Positions 10,006 through 19,932 of a stretch of DNA of 64,000 bases are shown here, piece by piece. Origin of the DNA: a virus (taxonomy: Duplodnaviria > Caudoviricetes); IMG/VR virus record IMGVR_UViG_3300047509_000221, positions 1,949 to 65,948 of that record; one strand, written 5' to 3'. The notes beneath the pieces are model-generated. The model did no database searches and was not told the DNA's origin. It saw only the letters and a list, made by a program, of their open reading frames with translations. The translations under genes were made by a program, and so were the position numbers. Position 1 is the first letter of the stretch. Each line of letters begins with the position of its first letter.

Positions 10006-12422
10006 TGGGTCTGTTCCAGCGAGTCTCCGCAGCCGTCCGCGAACGTATTGGAGCACGTCCCGAGAACCAGGGTGCGCGACAGGTGCCGCTGGAGACACCG
10101 ACTCAGGCACCTCCGCCTCCCGGCGCTGACACGCACGGCTGGTTCGGTGCCGGCGATCCGCCGTCGCCCGGTGCTCCGGCAGATGTCGCGGGCCGACGTC
10201 TCGACTACGTCCCCGGCGTCAACATGCTCCAGCAGCCTCGGCAGTACGAGGCAATTGGGTTCAATGAGCTGCGGGCACTGGCCGATGGGTACGACATCAT
10301 GCGGCTCATCATTGAGACGCGCAAGGACCAGATCTGTCGCCTGACGTGGACCATTGGTCCGATCAACGACGACAAGGAGATGACCGCCGAGCAGCAGGCC
10401 AGGGCGGAGAAGTACACGCAGCTGTTTCGCCGCCCAGATCGCAAGGAGTTCTGGGGCGACTGGATCAGGAACATTCTCGAGGACCTGATCGTCATCGACG
10501 CTCCCGCCATCCACGTGCGGCGCACGCTGGGCGGAGACGTCTACTCCCTCGACCAGATCGACGGGGCCACGATCAAGCGCGTCATCGACGACACCGGACG
10601 CTCGCCCGAGCCGCCGTTCGCGGCCTACCAGCAGATCCTCAAGGGCCTGCCGGCAGTGAACTACAGCACCCTCGACCTCATCTACCGCCCGCGCAACATG
10701 CGGGTGCACAAGCTGTACGGGTACTCGCCGGTCGAGCAGGTCATAATGACCGTGAACATTGCGCTGCGCCGTCAGATGTGGCAGCTGGCCTACTTCACGG
10801 ACGGCAACCTGCCGGACAGCCTCATCGGTGTTCCGAGCACCTGGACGCCCGACCAGATCAAGCAGTTCCAGGACTGGTTCGACAGTCTCCTGCAGGGCAA
10901 CCTCCAGGGTCGTCGCTCCGCCAAGTTCGTTCCCGGGGAGGTGGCCAAGAGCTACGTCCCCACCAAGGAGGCCGAGATGTTCGGCGCTGCCGAGGAGTGG
11001 ATGGCTCGCGTCGTCTGCTTCTGCTTCGGCATCTCGCACCAGCCGTTCGTGAAGGAGGTCAACCGGGCGACGGCCCACGCAGCCATGGACCAGGCCAAGG
11101 AAGACGGCATGGCCCCGATCATGAACTGGATCAAGGGGCTGCACGACTCCATCCTGATTGACTACTTCGGCGAGACAGAGCTGGAGTTCAACTGGAACGA
11201 CGACAAGGAGATGGACCCCAAGGTCCAGGCCGACATCCACAAGGAGCAGGTCGGCATCATCAAGACAATCAACGAGATACGCGACGATCTCGGACTGGAG
11301 CCGGACCCGAGCCCAATGGCCAGTGTTCTCGGCATGTTCGGCGTCGACGGCACGTTCACTCCTCTCGACCCAGACATCGCGATCGAGATGAAGCAGAAGA
11401 TGGTCACGGCATTCACCGGAATGGGTCTCGGGCCCACCGGCCAGGCACTTCCTGCTCCCCCGCCCACACCGGGTGCGGAGAACGACAACAACTCCGCCCA
11501 GAGTGGCGGCTCGGCGGCGGGGGGAGAGGGCGGCGGGTCCAGCAAGGAGCCGTCGTCCGCCCCGGCACCCAAGAAGATGGCCAAGGCGCTGCCGCTGACC
11601 TCGCCGCTGAGACCGAAGGCTGTCCGGCTGCGCAAGTCCATGCAGCACAAGGTCGCCGCTGTCCTGAAGACTGTCGGTGAGCAGGTCGCCCAGCACGTGC
11701 GGGTCGAGCTCGCTCGGCAGGGCATTGCGAAGGCCGATGACGGCGACAGCGCAATCCTGGACGCTGTCCTGTCGGGCATTAGCCTCGAGGGACTGGAGGC
11801 GCTGATTGACGCCACCTTCGGCGATCTTGAGCAGATGGGCAAGACCACCGGCAGCGAGGTCCTGGCACAGGTCGGCGTGGACGACCAGAGGGCGCTCGTG
11901 GACAGAGTGAGTCAGCGCGCGGTCGACTACGCCCGCGAGCGTTCGGCAGAGCTGGTCGGCAAGCGCGTCCTGGAGGATGGCACGATCATCGACAATCCGG
12001 ACGCCAAGTGGGCCATCACCGACACCACTCGCGGGATGATTCGCGACACCATTGCCGGCGCACTGGCAGACAACCTCGGGTCCGACGCCATCGTCGACGC
12101 GCTCGAGAACAGCTACGCCTTCTCGCCCGAGCGCGCGGAGATGGTGGGTCGCACCGAGATCGCCGCAGCCAACTCCGACGCCAACATGACCGCTCTCCAG
12201 GAGGCCTCCGACGCGGGCGTAAACCTCCAGAAGGCGTGGATCACGGGTCCCGACCCGTGCGAGGACTGCGTCGCCAACGAGGCAGACGGCAACATCGACA
12301 TAGACGACTCATTCTCCAGCGGTGACGACACCGCCCCGGCGCACCCCAACTGCGAGTGTGCCGTGGTGGGCATTGTCGTGAATGACGACACCGGCGAGGA
12401 GGAGGACGACAGCGAGGAGTGA
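10005..12422 (+). CDS. portal protein fused to a Mu gpF-like head morphogenesis domain
   Basis: Portal-like N-terminus (YGYSPVEQ); C-terminal RAEMVGRTE...KAW...C..C...PAHPNCEC. Confidence 0.85.
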   Translation: MGLFQRVSAAVRERIGARPENQGARQVPLETPTQAPPPPGADTHGWFGAGDPPSPGAPADVAGRRLDYVPGVNMLQQPRQYEAIGFNELRALADGYDIMRLIIETRKDQICRLTWTIGPINDDKEMTAEQQARAEKYTQLFRRPDRKEFWGDWIRNILEDLIVIDAPAIHVRRTLGGDVYSLDQIDGATIKRVIDDTGRSPEPPFAAYQQILKGLPAVNYSTLDLIYRPRNMRVHKLYGYSPVEQVIMTVNIALRRQMWQLAYFTDGNLPDSLIGVPSTWTPDQIKQFQDWFDSLLQGNLQGRRSAKFVPGEVAKSYVPTKEAEMFGAAEEWMARVVCFCFGISHQPFVKEVNRATAHAAMDQAKEDGMAPIMNWIKGLHDSILIDYFGETELEFNWNDDKEMDPKVQADIHKEQVGIIKTINEIRDDLGLEPDPSPMASVLGMFGVDGTFTPLDPDIAIEMKQKMVTAFTGMGLGPTGQALPAPPPTPGAENDNNSAQSGGSAAGGEGGGSSKEPSSAPAPKKMAKALPLTSPLRPKAVRLRKSMQHKVAAVLKTVGEQVAQHVRVELARQGIAKADDGDSAILDAVLSGISLEGLEALIDATFGDLEQMGKTTGSEVLAQVGVDDQRALVDRVSQRAVDYARERSAELVGKRVLEDGTIIDNPDAKWAITDTTRGMIRDTIAGALADNLGSDAIVDALENSYAFSPERAEMVGRTEIAAANSDANMTALQEASDAGVNLQKAWITGPDPCEDCVANEADGNIDIDDSFSSGDDTAPAHPNCECAVVGIVVNDDTGEEEDDSEE

Positions 12423-12461
12423 CCCTTCTCGTTAACCGACCCAGGGGTATGAGCTGAGCCC

Positions 12462-14276
12462 ATGACCACAGAGACACTGTCGCGCATCTTCATTCCGATC
12501 TGCAAGGTCGACGAGGAGAAGCGTCTCGTCTACGGAAAGATGACCTTCGAGGCCGAGGACGCGGCCGGAGAGATCTGGGACTACGATGGCTCGAAACCCT
12601 ACTTCGAGAAATGGTCCGAGAACGCGGAGAAGACTAGCGGCGGGAAGTCGCTCGGAAACCTCCGCGCCATGCACCAGCCCATCGCGGCCGGCAAGCTCAC
12701 CCAGTTCATCCTCAGCGACGAGGACAAGTCAGTCGAGATCGCCGCCAAGGTCGTCGACGACGCCGAGTGGAACAAGGTTCTCGAGGGCGTCTACACTGGC
12801 TTCTCGCAGGGCGGGCGCTACGTCAAGCGCTGGAAGGACCCCAACGACCCAACCAAGACCCGGTACATCTCAGACCCGGTGGAGTGCTCCATCGTCGATC
12901 TGCCGTGCCTGCCGGGGGCAACATTCGAGCACGTGAAGGCGGATGGCTCTGTGGAGATCCGCAAATTCATCACCAGGGAGACGGTCATGGACCCGACTAA
13001 CGAGCAGATTGAGGTGCGGGCCAAGGAGCTCGCCAAGGCAGCAGGCGACGAGGCCAAGTGGGCCGATCACGTTGAGGCAGCGCGCGACGATCTTGTTGCC
13101 AAGGCTGCGCCCGTGGTCGAGGAGCCAGTGGTTGAGGTGGCCCCTGTGGATGGCGAGCCGCGTGAGGCAGCAATCGAGGTCGAGAAGGTCGAGCAGCCCG
13201 AGGGCGGCGAGCCCACCGGCGAGGAAGAGGAGGCCCCGATCGAGGACTCCGCGACCGAGATCTCCGCCGAGGAGACCGAGAAGGCCCGCAAGGCTGCTCG
13301 TGATCGTCTCGCGCAGGTCTGGAAGACCAGCGACGGCAAGACGTTCGGCAAGTGTGATGAGGCCGTCACGCACGAGGCCACCCTGAGCGTCTCCCCGCCC
13401 AGCGCGGTCGAGGCTGCCCTCAAGGCTGCCAGGGGCGAGGAGCCCGCTGAGGAGGTCGCTGTCGAGAAGACCCGGTTCGAGCCGACCGAGGGCCTTGATG
13501 TCGCCAAGACTGTCATCGAGACATTCGTCGAGAAGGGTCTCTATGGCGCCAGCCGGGCGCTCCAGGTTCTCGACTCCGTGATCGACCTGCAGCACTGCAG
13601 CGCGTGGGAGGAGGAGTACGAGGGAGATGGCTCGGGTGTCCCGGCCGCTCTTGCCGACGCCGCTCGCTCGCTCGGTGCGGCCGCACTGGCCATGTGCCAG
13701 GAGGAGATCGCCGAGGCGCTGTCCGACCTTGGCGGGGACGAGGTCGAGATTGACGTCTACCTTTCCGAGAACGAGATCCTTGTCGAGAATGCCGCCGCGA
13801 CCGAGTTCGTCAAGGCCGTCTATGCCGACGAGGAGCTCATGAAGGCTGGGGCGCGCAACAGCAAGAAGGATGCCGACACCATCCAGAAGATGCACGATGG
13901 CGCGGTCGATCTCGGTGCCAAGTGTGCCATGGGCGATGAGGAGAAGGCCCTCGAGCCCGACGAGCTCCAGAAGCGGGCCGAGAGGGACCCCGTGGTCAAG
14001 CACCTGCTCGATCGGAACGTCGAGCTGTCGGCCGAGGTCGAGAAGGCGCTCGCCGGTATTGGTGAGCTCGGGGAGCAGATCAAGGTCCTCAAGGCGACGC
14101 CAGCGCCCATGGCTCCGCGCACCCATGTCATTGGGAAGAACGACAGTCCGGACGAGATGGACATCGCCAAGGCGGAAAACATCGTGGCAGAGCTCAGCAA
14201 GACCCAGGATGGTCGGCGAGTTCTGACCGAGGCGGCCATTCGTGCCTCGCAGGCAGCTGGGGGGCATGCAGCATAG
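12462..14276 (+). CDS. prohead protease/scaffold protein
   Basis: KVDEEKRLVYG, LRAMHQP, YTGFSQGG, ECSIVDLP; acidic coiled C-terminus. Confidence 0.8.
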   Translation: MTTETLSRIFIPICKVDEEKRLVYGKMTFEAEDAAGEIWDYDGSKPYFEKWSENAEKTSGGKSLGNLRAMHQPIAAGKLTQFILSDEDKSVEIAAKVVDDAEWNKVLEGVYTGFSQGGRYVKRWKDPNDPTKTRYISDPVECSIVDLPCLPGATFEHVKADGSVEIRKFITRETVMDPTNEQIEVRAKELAKAAGDEAKWADHVEAARDDLVAKAAPVVEEPVVEVAPVDGEPREAAIEVEKVEQPEGGEPTGEEEEAPIEDSATEISAEETEKARKAARDRLAQVWKTSDGKTFGKCDEAVTHEATLSVSPPSAVEAALKAARGEEPAEEVAVEKTRFEPTEGLDVAKTVIETFVEKGLYGASRALQVLDSVIDLQHCSAWEEEYEGDGSGVPAALADAARSLGAAALAMCQEEIAEALSDLGGDEVEIDVYLSENEILVENAAATEFVKAVYADEELMKAGARNSKKDADTIQKMHDGAVDLGAKCAMGDEEKALEPDELQKRAERDPVVKHLLDRNVELSAEVEKALAGIGELGEQIKVLKATPAPMAPRTHVIGKNDSPDEMDIAKAENIVAELSKTQDGRRVLTEAAIRASQAAGGHAA

Positions 14277-14363
14277 ACCCACCGGCGACGGGCGGTCATT
14301 AAGGAAGTGAGTGTATCAACCAAGAAGCCGGGCCAAGATGGCCCTGATGGGGGTAATTGAGTC

Positions 14364-15839
14364 ATGGAAACCAATATTCAGGAGCTGATGGAAGCAATGC
14401 GCAAGGCGCAGCGCATTCCTGATCCGCTCGGCGGAGAGGTCGCGAAGTCGACGTTCTCCCAGTCGGGCTCGCCAACCACTGGCCTGACGTTCTACGACCT
14501 CGAACCGGGAGCGAAGTTTCTCTACCCGGTCCTGACGCCGCTGCGCAACAGCATCCCGCGCGTCAGTGGTCGCGGAGGCACGCAGGCGAACTGGAAGGCA
14601 GTCACCGGCGTCAACACGCAGAACATGGAGATCGGCGTCTCCGGCGGAAACCGTGGCGGTGTGCAGGCAGTCAGCACGGCTGACTACAACGCAGCCTACA
14701 AGGGCATCGGCCTGGAGACCAGCGTCGACTTCGAGGCCCAGTACGCGGCCCAGAACCTCGTCGACGTGCGCGCCATCGCTGGCCGTACCGGCCTCGAGGC
14801 GACCATGCTCCGCGAGGAACTCCTCATCTTTGCCGGCAACGGCTCGCTCCAGCTCGGCATTCCGGCGACCCCGGCGCTGACTGGCTCGACCACGGGCGGA
14901 ACGCTCGCGGCGCAGACCTGGTCGGTCATCGTCGTGGCTCTCACGCTCGCTGGCTACCTAAACGCCACGATCGCTGGCGGTGCTCCGGTGACGGTGACTC
15001 GCACGAACGCGGACAGCTCGAGCGACACCTTTGGCGGTGGCTCCTCGCAGAAGTCTGCGGCCCAGACGGTCGTCACGACCGGCGCGACGAGCTCGATCGT
15101 TGCGACTGTCGCCGCCAAGCGCGGCGCGGTGGCCTATGCCTGGTACTACGGCACGGCGGGCAACGAGGTCCTCGGCGCCATCACCACTGCCCCGACAGCG
15201 ACGCTGACGGCGGCGGCGGCAGGCACCCAGAATGCCTCGACATTCGCGGCCGACAACAGCACGAACAGCCTCATCTTCGACGGCCTGTTCACGCAGGCAG
15301 CCAAGTCGGGCAGCAATGCCTACTGGGCCGATCTCGCGGGCGGAACTCTGACTGCCGACGGCGACGCCGGCATCGTGCAGATCGACGCGGCGCTGAAGTA
15401 CATGTGGGACAATTTCCGGCTCACCCCGGACACCATGTGGGTCAACAGCCAGCAGGCGGGCGACATTGCCAAGAAGATCCTGGCGGGCAACGCCAACGGA
15501 GCCTTCCGCATCAACGTCGACCAGTCGCAGGGCATGCTCGTCGGTGGTGTCATGGCCACTGCGTACCTCAACAAGTACGTGATGGGCGGTGCCTCGAAGA
15601 TCGACATTAAGATTCATCCGAACTGCCCTCCGGGCCTGATTCTGATGACCTCGAAGTCGCTTCCGTACCCGGTCAACAACGTCGGCAACATCATGCAGGT
15701 CCTCTGCCGACAGGACTACTACCAGATCGAGTGGCCGCTTCGCAGCCGCCGCTACGAGTATGGCGTCTACGCGGATGAGGTGCTCCAGCACTACGCTCCG
15801 TTCTCGATGGCCATCATCACGGGCATCGGCGCAGGCTGA
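14364..15839 (+). CDS. major capsid protein
   Basis: Position after the protease; YDLEP...LYPVLTPLRNSIPRV and C-terminal GVYADEVL..YAP. Confidence 0.85.
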   Translation: METNIQELMEAMRKAQRIPDPLGGEVAKSTFSQSGSPTTGLTFYDLEPGAKFLYPVLTPLRNSIPRVSGRGGTQANWKAVTGVNTQNMEIGVSGGNRGGVQAVSTADYNAAYKGIGLETSVDFEAQYAAQNLVDVRAIAGRTGLEATMLREELLIFAGNGSLQLGIPATPALTGSTTGGTLAAQTWSVIVVALTLAGYLNATIAGGAPVTVTRTNADSSSDTFGGGSSQKSAAQTVVTTGATSSIVATVAAKRGAVAYAWYYGTAGNEVLGAITTAPTATLTAAAAGTQNASTFAADNSTNSLIFDGLFTQAAKSGSNAYWADLAGGTLTADGDAGIVQIDAALKYMWDNFRLTPDTMWVNSQQAGDIAKKILAGNANGAFRINVDQSQGMLVGGVMATAYLNKYVMGGASKIDIKIHPNCPPGLILMTSKSLPYPVNNVGNIMQVLCRQDYYQIEWPLRSRRYEYGVYADEVLQHYAPFSMAIITGIGAG

Positions 15840-15854
15840 TAACCCCATGGGACT

Positions 15855-15882
15855 GGAGGCCCGGCTGCAAGGTCGGGCCTCT
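15855..15882 (+). terminator. hairpin after the capsid gene
   Basis: GGAGGCCCGGC-TGCAAG-GTCGGGCCTC inverted repeat. Confidence 0.5.
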
Positions 15883-15963
15883 GGCCTCTGGTGAGGGCTG
15901 GCAAAGGTCCACTTCGCTCCGCCAGCCCTCTCCTGAGTCCAGACCGCCAAGGGAGACGACGAC

Positions 15964-16440
15964 ATGAAGATGCAGGCACCAGAGGGCGTCACCAACGCTG
16001 CTGTCGAGAACGACAAGTACGAGGTCGACGAGAATGGCCACATCGAGATCAACAACGGGGAGCACATTCCCGTGCTCGAGATGCACGGCTTCACCCAGGT
16101 GGCCGACGAGGCTGGCGCAACGCAGAGTGAGCCCGAGCCTGCGGACCCGGTCGGTCCCAAGCCGGACTTCACCCGGTTCCAGAACAAGCAGTCGCTGCTC
16201 GACTGGCTCCTGCACTTCGGCCACCACAGTGCCGACATCAACTCCTCGCGTGCCGAGCTCGAGGCCACCTGCGACGCCCACCACGCCGCTCTCGCCAGCG
16301 GCGAGGCCGAGCTCCCCGAGCCTCCGGCACCGGTCGAGCCTGCCCCCGAGGAGATCGCTCCTGTGGACCCCGCTCCTGTGGACCCCGCTTCGGAGGTTGT
16401 TACCAATGAGGACCCCGAGGCTGCGCCCAGCGCAGAGTGA
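15964..16440 (+). CDS. virion-associated hypothetical protein
   Basis: GGGAG RBS; acidic, Pro-rich C-terminus. Confidence 0.65.
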   Translation: MKMQAPEGVTNAAVENDKYEVDENGHIEINNGEHIPVLEMHGFTQVADEAGATQSEPEPADPVGPKPDFTRFQNKQSLLDWLLHFGHHSADINSSRAELEATCDAHHAALASGEAELPEPPAPVEPAPEEIAPVDPAPVDPASEVVTNEDPEAAPSAE

Positions 16441-16448
16441 GGGCTTGA

Positions 16449-17237
16449 GTGAGGGGTGACCTGACCAGACTGGCAAGTGTGCAGGGATGGCTCTCGGGCC
16501 AGACCACGATTTCCAGCGACAATGACTCACTCCTCCAGCGTCTCATCACCTCGGCCTCGATGTTCACGCGCAATCACATCGCGCGCGAGATCGCGGTCAT
16601 GCCGTACGACGAGTGGTACGACTGCGGAGGGCAGAACTTCATCTCTCTGCGCCAGTTTCCCGTTCGGGGGGTCACCTCCGTGCAGTTCTGCGGCAACGAG
16701 GTCCTGACCGAGGCCACTGGCAATCCTCCGATCGGGGGCTGGCTCCTGAGCCCGCCCACGCGGCTGGAGATGCGCGGATGGCGCTTCCCGAGCGGGCGCA
16801 GCGTGATCCGCGTCCAGTACTCCGCCGGATACGCCACAGACGCCGAGGCACAGGTCGTGCCGTCCATGGCTCCCTACACGGTGCAGACCAGTCTCGTCTG
16901 GCTGGGTGACATCGCCGTCACCCTCGCCAACGGGACGCCCCTGACCGCCGTGCCGTCCTCGCCCGGCGCGCTCCAGTACTCCGTCGACAGCAGCGGGAAC
17001 TACACCTTCAACGTGGCCCAGCAGGGTGCCTCCGTGCTCATCTCCTACTCGAGCGTCCCCCCGGACCTGGAGCAGGCGGTCATCGAGCTTGTCGGAGAGC
17101 GCTTCCGGCAGCTGGGGCGCATCGGGCTCAACTCCCAGTCGCTGGCGCAGGGCGAGACCGTCAACTATCTCGTCAAGGACATGAGCGACAACATTCGCAC
17201 CACCCTGGAGCGATACAAGAACCAGGGGGCGTGGTAG
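16449..17237 (+). CDS. head-tail adaptor protein
   Basis: DSLLQRLITSAS...YSAGY...VPPDLEQAVIELV. Confidence 0.8.
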   Translation: MRGDLTRLASVQGWLSGQTTISSDNDSLLQRLITSASMFTRNHIAREIAVMPYDEWYDCGGQNFISLRQFPVRGVTSVQFCGNEVLTEATGNPPIGGWLLSPPTRLEMRGWRFPSGRSVIRVQYSAGYATDAEAQVVPSMAPYTVQTSLVWLGDIAVTLANGTPLTAVPSSPGALQYSVDSSGNYTFNVAQQGASVLISYSSVPPDLEQAVIELVGERFRQLGRIGLNSQSLAQGETVNYLVKDMSDNIRTTLERYKNQGAW

Positions 17238-17238
17238 G

Positions 17239-17730
17239 ATGCTGCGGATCACCCTCGTCGGTACTCAGGAGCTCATGGCTCGCCTGGACCGAATGCCCGC
17301 CGCCGTGAGGTCCATCCTCGAGACAAAGATGCGCGAGATTGCCATCCAGCTGCAGACGCACGTGCAGCGGGACAAGCTGTCCGGGCAGGTACTGAACGTC
17401 GTCACCGGAGCTCTCCGCAGGTCCATCACCCAGACGGTCTCTTCCTTCGGCGACACCGTCGTGGCCGAGGTCTTCTCTGCCGGCGACGTCAAGTATGCTG
17501 GCATCCACGAGTACGGCGGCCAGACCCAACCTCACGACATCTACCCTAAGAGCGCCGACGCGCTCCACTTCATGATTGGCGGGCAGGAGATCTTCGCCAA
17601 GGTCGTCCACCATCCCGGCTCGCGCATGCCCGAGCGCTCGTTCCTGCGCTCTGCCCTCGGCGACATGGCTCCGACCATTGCCGAGGAGATTCAGCAGGCG
17701 GTCGTGCAGGGGATGGATGAGGCCACATGA
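17239..17730 (+). CDS. neck/tail completion protein (HK97 gp10-like)
   Basis: TGALRRSI...YAGIHEYGG...MPERSFLRSAL. Confidence 0.8.
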   Translation: MLRITLVGTQELMARLDRMPAAVRSILETKMREIAIQLQTHVQRDKLSGQVLNVVTGALRRSITQTVSSFGDTVVAEVFSAGDVKYAGIHEYGGQTQPHDIYPKSADALHFMIGGQEIFAKVVHHPGSRMPERSFLRSALGDMAPTIAEEIQQAVVQGMDEAT

Positions 17731-18179
17731 ACCGCGAGGCAATCTTTGCTGCTCTGTACGCCCTCGGCTCGGTGGTCGAGTGGGACAGTCCGCCTCGCAC
17801 CTTCAAGACGATCTCGCGCCGGGTGCAGCACTTCTCCAAGTGCGCTGACCAGCCAGCCTTCTTCCAGGTGGAGCGGGACGAGAAGATCGAGCAGATCACC
17901 GGCATGCCGTACAAGACACGCCTCGAGGCCGTCTGGATGGTGTACCAGAACACCGGCAAGGACCCGAAGGCGGTGCCGGCGACAGAGAACAACCTGATCC
18001 TGGACGCGCTGCAGGCGGTCGTCAGCCCCAAGTTCGTGGCCGGAGAGCAGTACGTCGACCGATGCACGCTGGGCGGCCTCGTCTACGACTGCAAGATCAG
18101 CGGCACGATCACCAAGTACGACGGGGCACTCGAGAATCAGGGCATCGTTGTGGTGCCGCTCGAGATACTGGTTCCGTAG
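17727..18179 (+). CDS. tail terminator-like protein
   Basis: Gene order; TLGGLVYDC motif. Confidence 0.65.
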   Translation: MNREAIFAALYALGSVVEWDSPPRTFKTISRRVQHFSKCADQPAFFQVERDEKIEQITGMPYKTRLEAVWMVYQNTGKDPKAVPATENNLILDALQAVVSPKFVAGEQYVDRCTLGGLVYDCKISGTITKYDGALENQGIVVVPLEILVP

Positions 18180-18196
18180 ATTAAGGAGCAGAGACT

Positions 18197-18514
18197 ATGG
18201 GTAACGACAAGGTAAAGAGCCCTGTGGAGGACGCCACAGCGTCGGCAGCCGCCGCCGCTACCCCCGTCGACTCGGAGCTCTTGCTGACGCCTGGAGACGA
18301 CTCCAGCGCGTCTGGTGTTATCTCGGGGGCGGAGCACGCCGTCGAGGAAACTCTTGCGGAGGTCCACACGGAACTCAGCAGGGCGGAGCAGGTCGTGGTG
18401 TCGTGGTGCAATGAGCACTTCTTCAACTCGCCCATCTCCCGTGCAACCGAGGCCCTGAACTATCTGCGATTGCATGCAGTTCCGGACCTCATCGAAAGAG
18501 TGAAGGAGCTCTAG
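18197..18514 (+). CDS. hypothetical protein
   Basis: AAGGAG RBS; lies between neck and tail-tube genes. Confidence 0.6.
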   Translation: MGNDKVKSPVEDATASAAAAATPVDSELLLTPGDDSSASGVISGAEHAVEETLAEVHTELSRAEQVVVSWCNEHFFNSPISRATEALNYLRLHAVPDLIERVKEL

Positions 18515-18516
18515 CA

Positions 18517-19245
18517 ATGCAGTATAACTTCGGTACGGGGCAGCTCTTTGCGATGCCCGTGGGCGGTGGTGCCCCGCTCGGTATTGGTGCTCTACAGGAC
18601 GTCAACGTCGACTTCCAGGGTGACGTCAAGGAGCTGTACGGACAGTTCCAGTTCCCGCTGGACGTCGCTCGCGGCAAGACCAAGATCACCGGCAAGGCCA
18701 GCACTGGTCAGATTGACGTCGACCTGTACAACCAGATCTTCTTTGGCGGGACGACCACGACTGGCCAGACGAAGACCGCGTACAATGAGGCGGGCACTGT
18801 TCCGGCAATGACGACCTACACCATCACGGTGACCAACTCGGCACACTTTGTGATGGACCTCAGAGTCGTGTACGCACTGACTGGTGCGCCACTCAAGCAG
18901 GTGCCGTCAGGCCCGACGATTGGGCAGTACTCAGTCGCGGCGGGTGTGTACACCTTCGCAGCAGCAGATGCCAGTGCGGCGGTCCTGTTCACGTACCTGT
19001 ACACGGACGCGACCAGTGGCAAGACGCTGCAGCTGACGAACAATCTGATGGGCAACACGCCCAAGTTCCAGGCTGTCCTGTCTGACATCTACGAGGGCAA
19101 GTACATCACCCTCGTTCTCTACAGCTGCACGAGCTCCAAGCTCACCCTGCCGCTGAAGCAGGACAACTACACGATGCCCGAGTTCGACTTCTCGGCCCAG
19201 GACAACGGGTCGGGGTCTGTTGGATACCTCAGCACCAGCGGCTGA
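18517..19245 (+). CDS. major tail tube protein
   Basis: Gene order; LQDVNVDF..DVKELYGQ..FP; inserted beta domain. Confidence 0.8.
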   Translation: MQYNFGTGQLFAMPVGGGAPLGIGALQDVNVDFQGDVKELYGQFQFPLDVARGKTKITGKASTGQIDVDLYNQIFFGGTTTTGQTKTAYNEAGTVPAMTTYTITVTNSAHFVMDLRVVYALTGAPLKQVPSGPTIGQYSVAAGVYTFAAADASAAVLFTYLYTDATSGKTLQLTNNLMGNTPKFQAVLSDIYEGKYITLVLYSCTSSKLTLPLKQDNYTMPEFDFSAQDNGSGSVGYLSTSG

Positions 19246-19312
19246 GTCACCGCGCGCCTCCCCCGCATGCGGGGGAGGCGTACTCCTGCCAACCGCCATT
19301 GGGAGAAGAGAC

Positions 19313-19702
19313 ATGGCGAAAGTTACCATTGGGGGCGAGGAGTTCGTCCTGTCCCCCCTCAAGTTCAAGCAACTCAAGAAGGCATACCCGCTCATTCTGC
19401 GGAACCAGGAGCTCGACCGAGAGGCCGAGGCACTGGCCAAGGAGACTGGCAAGCCAAAGCAGGTCGACCCCATCGGGGCCATGGACAATGCCATTGCCAT
19501 CCTCGCCATCGCGCTCGAGCGCGACCACCCAGAGATGAACGCCGACAAGATCGAGGACGAGATCACGCTGGCGGAGTGCGCCAGTCTGAACGAGGCCATT
19601 GTCGATCTCATCACTGAGTCGGGCTTCGAGGTCGCTCGGCCGGGGGAAGGCGAGGCGGCGGAGGGCGAGGCGAGCCTTTCGACGGAGACTTTGACCGACT
19701 AA
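19313..19702 (+). CDS. tail assembly chaperone (G)
   Basis: Lies between tail tube and tape measure genes. Confidence 0.75.
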   Translation: MAKVTIGGEEFVLSPLKFKQLKKAYPLILRNQELDREAEALAKETGKPKQVDPIGAMDNAIAILAIALERDHPEMNADKIEDEITLAECASLNEAIVDLITESGFEVARPGEGEAAEGEASLSTETLTD

Positions 19703-19932
19703 TCGCCGAGCTCGTCGCTCGCCTCTGTCTGGACTGGACACTGATAGAGGAGGAGTGGGACCTCCTGCGCTACGACAAGATGCAGGACTACTGGGCACAT
19801 GTCGCGCCTCCGCTGGACGTGATGTATGCGGCCAAGATGGGGTGGAAGCCTGAGCCTCGCGTTAAGCCCGGCAGCCGTAGGGGTAGTCTCGGTGACCTGA
19901 TAGCGATGGTCGAGGGGGGCGTCTCGCACTGA
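19642..19932 (+). CDS. tail assembly chaperone GT extension via -1 frameshift
   Basis: GGGGGAA at 19642-19648; the -1 frame stays open to TGA at 19930-19932 (DFDRLIAELV...YWAHVAPPL). Confidence 0.65.
   Translation, partial: GGRRGGGGRGEPFDGDFDRLIAELVARLCLDWTLIEEEWDLLRYDKMQDYWAHVAPPLDVMYAAKMGWKPEPRVKPGSRRGSLGDLIAMVEGGVSH

Noticed and set aside
16318-16390. Short tandem repeat (GCTCCTGTGGACCCC twice)
   Set aside because: Encodes a Pro-rich protein linker; ordinary coding repeat.
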